Origin: Candidatus Levyibacteriota bacterium
Lineage (GTDB): Bacteria; Patescibacteriota; Microgenomatia; Levybacterales; GWA1-39-11
Length of the DNA stretch: 64,000 bases
Reading direction: 5' to 3'
Assembly (NCBI GenBank): GCA_036788695.1
Contig: DAIQMY010000001.1
Span: 396,767-460,766, forward strand
Part shown: one piece after another, positions 59,064 through 64,000 of the stretch
How positions within the stretch are numbered: the first letter of the stretch is position 1
How the letters are laid out: each line of letters opens with the position of its first letter
Program-made: the position numbers and the translations under genes
Notes under the pieces: generated by a model
What the model was told of the DNA's origin: nothing
What the model saw: the letters and a program-made list of their open reading frames with translations, nothing else
Databases searched by the model: none

Positions 59064-59378
59064 TTGAATCTAATCAAAGAGGGTGCTAGAATTGGTCGTA
59101 ATATGTCAGAAAGAGAACGCCCAGAATGGGAAAGGAAAGAAAAGGTGGCGTTGAAATATAGCCCTAGCGATATGTTGCTAGGAGCACTTCAGGAAATTGC
59201 AAATAAATTTCATCTAGATAGTTTTGATGTAGCTCACGAGTTGTCTTTAAGGGTAGGTGCAAGCCTGCTTGCAGCAGAAAATATTTTTGACGAAAAAGGA
59301 TTAACAGTTTTAGATCCAAACGGGGAACGAGCTCATTTAAGTTTACCCAACGATGATGCTCATCAATCCGTTATTTGA
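59064..59378 (+). CDS. hypothetical protein (104 aa)
   Basis: Sits between repeat B and the GIY-YIG gene. No recognisable motif. Confidence 0.35.
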   Translation: MNLIKEGARIGRNMSERERPEWERKEKVALKYSPSDMLLGALQEIANKFHLDSFDVAHELSLRVGASLLAAENIFDEKGLTVLDPNGERAHLSLPNDDAHQSVI

Positions 59379-59387
59379 ATTCATAAA

Positions 59388-59421
59388 GTGTGACCCCACG
59401 GGAATGGATTCGGCAAGCTCA
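59388..59421. repeat. short repeat module GTGACCCCACGGGAA...CAAGCTCA abutting the GIY-YIG stop codon
   Basis: The same module recurs at 63628-63666 at the 3' end of the second GIY-YIG gene. Confidence 0.6.
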
Positions 59422-59727
59422 CCATTTTTTTCCAGAGTTATCCTTTGACACGCTCCGGGATTTACTTAACTGTTTTAACAACTCTAGATTGCCCTCGAGA
59501 AGAGCTCTCTTTTTTGCAACAGTCCAACCTTTAATTTGTTTTTCACGTTTTTCTGCATCTTTTCTTGTTAGATGCTCTTCAGTAAAAACTAGCTCAATGT
59601 AAGAAAACTCTTTAGTACCAATGTTTTGTTTTGATGTGTGAGATTTTAATCTTTGAGCAACGTTATGAGTAAGACCAACGTAGTACGTTTTCTTATCGCA
59701 AAAAAGAATATAGACATACCAGGGCAT
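59419..59727 (-). CDS. GIY-YIG nuclease family protein (YhbQ/UPF0213-like, about 103 aa)
   Basis: MPWYVYILFCDKKTYYVGLTHNVAQRLKSH...KGWTVAKK has the GIY...YIG pattern with conserved Arg and Glu. Start set at the ATG at 59727. The track ORF to 59895 is inflated by read-through of repeat C. Confidence 0.7.
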   Translation of the reverse strand: MPWYVYILFCDKKTYYVGLTHNVAQRLKSHTSKQNIGTKEFSYIELVFTEEHLTRKDAEKREKQIKGWTVAKKRALLEGNLELLKQLSKSRSVSKDNSGKKW

Positions 59728-59744
59728 ACACTTATTATGGTGTA

Positions 59745-59927
59745 AAACCCTGAGCTTGCCGAAGGGTGACCCAAATGTTTTTGAATTGCCCTGAGCTTGT
59801 CGAAGGGTTCTCGCCCTTTGTGCTCGGAGGGGAACCAGATTCGTGGCTCCCTCGAGAAATGGAAAACTGTCTTGGGGCCTGAGCTCACTCCGCATCTACT
59901 GACCCGCTACCACTAGAATTTAGAATC
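59745..59927. repeat. mosaic repeat copy C
   Basis: CCTGAGCTTGCCGAAGGGTGACCCAAATG...CCTGAGCTTGTCGAAGGGTTCTCGCCCTTTGTGCTCGGAGGGGAACCAGATTCG...CTACCACTAGAATTTAGAAT. Confidence 0.75.
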
Positions 59928-60883
59928 TTTTCTAATGGTGGATTGTTTTTCTGTATCTTTATTCCTAAGAGCTGAGGAATATCGGTTCTTATCCATACAT
60001 TATCAAGATTGTCTGAATACGGTTGTAATGGATCACGTCTAAGAGTGTCGGGAATTAACTTGTCTTCCCAGGTAAATCTCTGAACGTATTCGGTGTTGTG
60101 ATCCAACACCTTCTCAAGTGGCTGAGTTCGGGGAACTACTGCTCGTTGATCAACATCCTTTTCTTCGGGTACGTATGAAACAATCTCGACAGAGCTGGAG
60201 TTGACAGTAACTGCCATATTTCTTCCATTTCGCACTAAATCATATTCCTTTCCTATCTCAAGCGTTAGATCACCTTCAGTGAGATCGGACGAACCACGTC
60301 CTTTCAATACAGCTTCACCTGTCTCCTTATCAAATTTGATCTCTAGAGAATCGTTGTCCCATCCTTTTTCTGATCTATTTTGAGCCCGTAGGATATTATT
60401 ATCCATGAGTAGCAATCCTTCTAGGGTAGCGATAGTACTGTCTTGGAAGGCATAGTTAAAAGAAAGTTCAAGGTTATGGGCAAAAGGAATTAATACCCCT
60501 AGATTGTCTTCACTTTTATCAAGAACAGAGCCTACCTGGGTAATACCGATAGTATCTGGGTGATGAAGAGTAAATCCGCCGTTTTTCATGAAGGCAAGGC
60601 TAAAATTGGTGAGGTCATTGAGCAACTCACCTTCAGGAAATTCTGGCCAATCCATATCTAGGTCTGAATTCCAGGAGTCAGTCAAACGTAATATCCTCAC
60701 TTTTTCTCTTTTCGCAATTACATCTGCGCTTCCGGGTTCATTCCCAGCTCTAAACATATTTTGCTCATCAAGAATCACAGCATCCCTATTGTATGGTGCG
60801 TCTTTAAATGCTGCTCTTTGCTTATCAAGGTGGGTTCTGTGTAGATCTTCAGGCATATGAAGGTAGTATACACAAATATCCAA
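59885..60883 (-). CDS. hypothetical protein (332 aa)
   Basis: No recognisable motif. Flanked by repeat copies C and D. Confidence 0.45.
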   Translation of the reverse strand: MDICVYYLHMPEDLHRTHLDKQRAAFKDAPYNRDAVILDEQNMFRAGNEPGSADVIAKREKVRILRLTDSWNSDLDMDWPEFPEGELLNDLTNFSLAFMKNGGFTLHHPDTIGITQVGSVLDKSEDNLGVLIPFAHNLELSFNYAFQDSTIATLEGLLLMDNNILRAQNRSEKGWDNDSLEIKFDKETGEAVLKGRGSSDLTEGDLTLEIGKEYDLVRNGRNMAVTVNSSSVEIVSYVPEEKDVDQRAVVPRTQPLEKVLDHNTEYVQRFTWEDKLIPDTLRRDPLQPYSDNLDNVWIRTDIPQLLGIKIQKNNPPLEKILNSSGSGSVDAE

Positions 60884-60926
60884 GAGGGGAATAGGCCTAG
60901 CTTAAACCCAAGTTTGGTTGGAACCT

Positions 60927-61100
60927 AAATAGCCTTGAAAATTCGGGATTTGAAAAAGATTTCGAAAATATAGCTTCAGGTGACCCAAATGTTTTTGAAT
61001 TGGAACCAAATTCGAAGCTCGTTGGAGCAGTGGAAGCAAGTCTTACAGCCTGACTTCAATTCAAAGCTACTGACCAACTACCCCTAGGAATTGGAATACC
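60927..61100. repeat. mosaic repeat copy D
   Basis: AAATAGCCTTGAAAATTCGGGATTTGAAAAAGATTTCGAAAATATAGCTTCAGGTGACCCAAATG...GGAACCAAATTCGAAGCTCGTTGGAGCAGTGGAAGCAAGTCTTACAGCCTGAC...CCCCTAGGAATTGGAATACC. Confidence 0.75.
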
Positions 61101-61140
61101 GAGGGAATAGTAATAACTTACTTAGATAACCCTGAGTTGA

Positions 61141-61710
61141 CTACTTTTTCCTGAATGCTTGAAATATGAAGAAAATAAGCACAACTAAGCTTACAAGGTT
61201 TATTAGAAAAAGCGATGTCGTCCTATTGTAAATGTTTACTAAATACTCATGAGACCCAGCTTTGAGATGAAAATTTGCATAGTATTCAAAAATTCTCTGG
61301 ACTAAGATCAGCATTGATTGAATAAAGAAGTATATCCCAAGTCCTAGAAGCAACAGACGTATTCTTAAAATTGCATTCTGTTGTTTACTAAATGTTCTAT
61401 AGACAGCAAAAAATACAATACTTACGGCAAACAATAATGAACCCAATAAGATTGGTCCATATGTAATAAGTAGTGGATAGATAATTTCCAAAAAGTTTTT
61501 ATTCTGTTGCTGGTCGAGTGAAGCTCCATAAAATGCCCAGAAAAAACTTGCAGGCAGTACTACTCCAAATCCAAAAGGAATTGGAACTATGAAAAAAAGT
61601 GCGATATAAATTATGATAGCGAGAAAAAAGATTGGCATTATTTTTTTCATTGTTACTTGAAGTATTTCAAGATTTAAATAGTAAGTCAAGTAAGCTCTTG
61701 AGGGCTTCAA
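61141..61710 (-). CDS. hypothetical polytopic membrane protein (189 aa)
   Basis: Five or six hydrophobic helices. Flanked by repeat copies D and E. Confidence 0.45.
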   Translation of the reverse strand: MKPSRAYLTYYLNLEILQVTMKKIMPIFFLAIIIYIALFFIVPIPFGFGVVLPASFFWAFYGASLDQQQNKNFLEIIYPLLITYGPILLGSLLFAVSIVFFAVYRTFSKQQNAILRIRLLLLGLGIYFFIQSMLILVQRIFEYYANFHLKAGSHEYLVNIYNRTTSLFLINLVSLVVLIFFIFQAFRKK

Positions 61711-61715
61711 GGGAA

Positions 61716-61966
61716 TTCGAACTATTTTAGCTTCAAAATCAGAAGAATTTGTCGAAGATTTTAAAATTTAGCTTCAAGTGAGCCAAATGTTTTCTTTGAC
61801 CCTCGAAGCTTTAGCGAAGTGGGTTGAATTGCCTGGTACTCCAGGTTCTCGCCCTGAGTACTCGAAGGGGAACCAAATACGAAGCTCGCTTGAATAGTGG
61901 AAACAAGTAATTCAGCCTGAGCTTAGTTCAGGTTCTTTGGCTAACTACCATTAGAAATTAGAATCG
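61716..61966. repeat. mosaic repeat copy E
   Basis: GAATTCGAAC...AGATTTTAAAATTTAGCTTCAAGTGAGCCAAATG...TTCTCGCCCTGAGTACTCGAAGGGGAACCAAATACGAAGCTCGCTTGAATAGTGGAAACAAGT...CTACCATTAGAAATTAGAATCGGG. Confidence 0.75.
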
Positions 61967-61999
61967 GGTATAGAAGATGGAAGATAAGTTTAATAGAAA

Positions 62000-62533
62000 C
62001 TATTTAGTTTCAGAAGTAGCAAGTCTTTTAAAACCCTTAACTGGAAAATTAGCATTATCCTGTCTGAAAGATGTAATTTCTGTTCTCGGATTAAGCAGAG
62101 CGTGGTCTAGGGCCTCTTCAATTTCTTTTATGTCAGTCACCTTGTGTGGCATTCCTGATTCCATATGTTTTGAATCTCTTCCTCTTACAGTGACCCTCAG
62201 GGGATTGTCTCCGATGCTTATGCCTACTAAGTCTACTCTTCCAAACATCCATTTTTCAGGATCAAATTTATTTCCATATTCACCATGTTTTGTGAGATCA
62301 GTGATTAGGCATATCGTTGGGTCTGCTCCTTCTTCAATTGCTTGATCGGTTGAAATGCCTACTATTGCGCGTTGTCCTTGTTCTGTCAGAGAAGCTGCTC
62401 GATCAAGCGCCAGTGATACCATAGGAGAAGTTTTGAGTTTTGCTAGATCTGCCAGGCGATATTCTAAGCGTTTTTCCAAAATTGAAGCTGTAATCCTTTC
62501 CCGTTGTGGACCTTCATGTAACCGTGTACTCAT
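62000..62533 (-). CDS. hypothetical protein (177 aa)
   Basis: No recognisable motif. Flanked by repeat copies E and F. Confidence 0.45.
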   Translation of the reverse strand: MSTRLHEGPQRERITASILEKRLEYRLADLAKLKTSPMVSLALDRAASLTEQGQRAIVGISTDQAIEEGADPTICLITDLTKHGEYGNKFDPEKWMFGRVDLVGISIGDNPLRVTVRGRDSKHMESGMPHKVTDIKEIEEALDHALLNPRTEITSFRQDNANFPVKGFKRLATSETK

Positions 62534-62575
62534 AGATGCTATTCTATAACTATTTTAATGATTGTCAAGCAGCGC

Positions 62576-62618
62576 TTGTTCTGAGCCTGCCCAAGGACTA
62601 CCATTAGGAATTAGAATC
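62576..62618. repeat. mosaic repeat copy F: short head-tail form like A
   Basis: GTTCTGAGCCTGCCCAAGGACTACCATTAGGAATTAGAATCCA. Confidence 0.65.
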
Positions 62619-63525
62619 CATTTACTGCTGCAACAATATCATCGTCAGCTTGTTCTGTATCCCAAGCCACTTGAGGATTAAAATTATCGGGTCTAAAATC
62701 ATTTATTCTTTTGTAATCATCATCTGACATTATAAAATCGGTGGCAGAGTAATTCTCATCAATGTGTTTCTTGCTTGTAGAAAAAACCATTGGACTATAT
62801 CCTAAGTTACAAATCCAGTTTAGAACAATTTGATTTTGTGTCTTTCCATACTTTTCTGACAGCTCAACAAGTAAGGGCCAATTTTCCTCCATAGTCTTAG
62901 CTCTTCTTAAAGGTCTCCAGATTATATTTTTAACACCTAACTCATCACAAATATTGAATACCCCTTTATCTTGAAGCACCCTAACTTCAAAACTAAGGTG
63001 TCCTTCGTGAGCATAAAACTTATCACCAAACTCATTCTTAAAGGCTTTAATAAATTCGGGGCTGGCATTTGAAAGACTTACAAATCTCGTTTTCCCCGCC
63101 TGAAGTAAATCTTTTAGTATTGGATAGACTTCATCTTCACCAAACTTTAATACGAGTCCTTGTGTTATTAAGGTGGAGTCAGCGTAATCGGTATCCATTA
63201 TTTTATGAAAGCTTTCAACGTCTTCGGTAATTGTTTCTATGGACTGTAAGTCTCGTGGGTAAAAAGAGTGAGTAAAGAAAATATCTTCTCGCTTCACTGA
63301 GCTTTTATCGAGTGCTTGCTTAAAGATTTTTATTGAGTTTCCATGTCCGTAGCCTAATGCTATCTCAGTAAAATTTATTCCTTTATTTAGAGTATAAACG
63401 AGTGCTGAGACGTAGGTTTCATCATCCCGTTTTTCTGTCAGTTCAATATCTCTATGACCTCTACCACCAATCCCATAACTTCCTATTCCAATCCTTGATA
63501 CATCTTTACCAGAAATAGTTTTCAT
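62611..63525 (-). CDS. aldo/keto reductase family oxidoreductase
   Basis: IGIGSYGIGG, ALGYGHGNS...IF and the C-terminal IIWRPL-type motifs fit the AKR fold. Confidence 0.65.
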   Translation of the reverse strand: MKTISGKDVSRIGIGSYGIGGRGHRDIELTEKRDDETYVSALVYTLNKGINFTEIALGYGHGNSIKIFKQALDKSSVKREDIFFTHSFYPRDLQSIETITEDVESFHKIMDTDYADSTLITQGLVLKFGEDEVYPILKDLLQAGKTRFVSLSNASPEFIKAFKNEFGDKFYAHEGHLSFEVRVLQDKGVFNICDELGVKNIIWRPLRRAKTMEENWPLLVELSEKYGKTQNQIVLNWICNLGYSPMVFSTSKKHIDENYSATDFIMSDDDYKRINDFRPDNFNPQVAWDTEQADDDIVAAVNGF

Positions 63526-63569
63526 CTAATCGATTATATCATCAACTACCCAAAAAACACTTCGAACCG

Positions 63570-63666
63570 AAATAGCCTCAAAAACTGAAGATTTGAAAAA
63601 GATTTCGAAAATATAGCTTTATGTGACCCCACGGGAAGTTTCCTCGGTGAACTCGGAACAAGCTCA
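63570..63666. repeat. mosaic repeat copy G: shares the D-type 5' module and the GTGACCCCACGGGAA module
   Basis: AAATAGCCTCAAAAACTGAAGATTTGAAAAAGATTTCGAAAATATAGCTTTATGTGACCCCACGGGAAGTTTCCTCGGTGAACTCGGAACAAGCTCA. Confidence 0.7.
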
Positions 63667-63960
63667 ATTTTCAACTTCTCGAACGAGGTCTTTGGCAAAT
63701 TCAGTACAAGCGTTTATACCAAGTCTTTCATCTATTAACATTTGTTTCTTTGCGTGGGACCATCCTTTAAATTGTCTTTCTCTTTTTGCAGCTTCATATT
63801 TATTTTCGTATCGTTCACTGTAGACAAGAGTAAATCGAGAAAACTGTTTGGTAAAAGTGGATTGCTTGTTTTTATGTTGTAAAAATCTGTTTTTCAAATC
63901 ATCGGAAATTCCTACATAAAAAGTTTTCTCGTCGCAAAGAAGGATGTAGACATACCACAT
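63664..63960 (-). CDS. GIY-YIG nuclease family protein (YhbQ/UPF0213-like), second copy
   Basis: MWYVYILLCDEKTFYVGISDDLKNRFLQHKNKQ...FKGWSHAKK. Paralogous to the 59419-59727 gene. Confidence 0.7.
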   Translation of the reverse strand: MWYVYILLCDEKTFYVGISDDLKNRFLQHKNKQSTFTKQFSRFTLVYSERYENKYEAAKRERQFKGWSHAKKQMLIDERLGINACTEFAKDLVREVEN

Positions 63961-64000
63961 GCTGTTTTATAAGTGGGTGCCTTCTTGAATACAAGAAGTG

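Noticed and set aside
59419-59895. 158-aa version of the first GIY-YIG ORF
   Set aside because: The N-terminal 56 aa are a read-through translation of repeat copy C. The paralog at 63664-63960 and the family's typical length support the ATG at 59727.
1-64000. rRNA genes, CRISPR arrays, IS transposases, phage structural genes
   Set aside because: Scanned for rRNA-like conserved blocks, regularly spaced direct repeats, and DDE/HUH/serine or tyrosine recombinase motifs, and none were found. The only repeat arrays are the irregular mosaic intergenic repeats at 58-64 kb and the tRNA-derived att duplication.

Overview
The window is low-GC (roughly 35-38% by eye), densely packed with short genes and mostly translation, envelope and housekeeping functions. 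Proteins are reduced in size, SecD and SecF are separate genes, and a DUF5679 zinc-ribbon micro-gene is present; I infer a small-genome bacterium of the Candidate Phyla Radiation/Patescibacteria type, but no sequence here proves it.

Main contents, in order:
- A secreted coiled-coil protein with a C39-like peptidase domain, followed by a Pro/Thr-linker surface protein.
- A tsaE-tsaC-tsaB cluster in which tsaB is truncated to 103 aa.
- A CAP/SCP-domain protein.
- A long nucleotide-sugar and glycosylation locus: rfbA, rfbB, rfbD-like (no rfbC), ugd, an Rmd/Fcl-like reductase, gmd, a GT2-GtrA fusion and a GT-C/PMT-like transferase.
- A 47-aa zinc-ribbon gene that the ORF track missed.
- DUF4446 and DUF3048 genes, secD, secF, a short cysS, a GatB/YqeY gene, cca, recJ, archaeal-type aspS, a D-Ala-D-Ala carboxypeptidase, a short gltX, dgkA, a CsaA-like tRNA-binding protein and an AI-2E transporter.
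- An orphan OmpR-type winged-helix protein next to a Pro/Thr/Gly-rich micro-gene, and a TMTC-like TPR membrane protein.
- A tRNA-Gln(CUG) at 33716-33786 carrying a ~6.2 kb copper-homeostasis island (csoR, DUF305, cupredoxin, copA, a permease with a cupredoxin domain, copZ, plus a C39-like peptidase). The island is bracketed by an exact 18-bp direct repeat of the tRNA 3' end and has no integrase.
- An XRE regulator, a thioredoxin-like protein, a CcdA-TlpA fusion, a NUDIX hydrolase, a VIT1 transporter, a choloylglycine-hydrolase-family enzyme, several small membrane proteins, a DUF2207 protein, two DUF333 paralogs flanking a thermonuclease and lon, and a SulP transporter.
- A ~6 kb 3'-terminal stretch (58.0-63.7 kb) in which every intergenic gap holds a copy of one mosaic, partly palindromic repeat family. 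The repeats frame unannotatable ORFs, an aldo-keto reductase and two YhbQ-type GIY-YIG nuclease genes.

The two best candidates for something undescribed are the repeat-delimited cassette-like array with the GIY-YIG genes, and the integrase-less copper island at tRNA-Gln. All functional calls come from recognising motifs by eye; no database searches were run.
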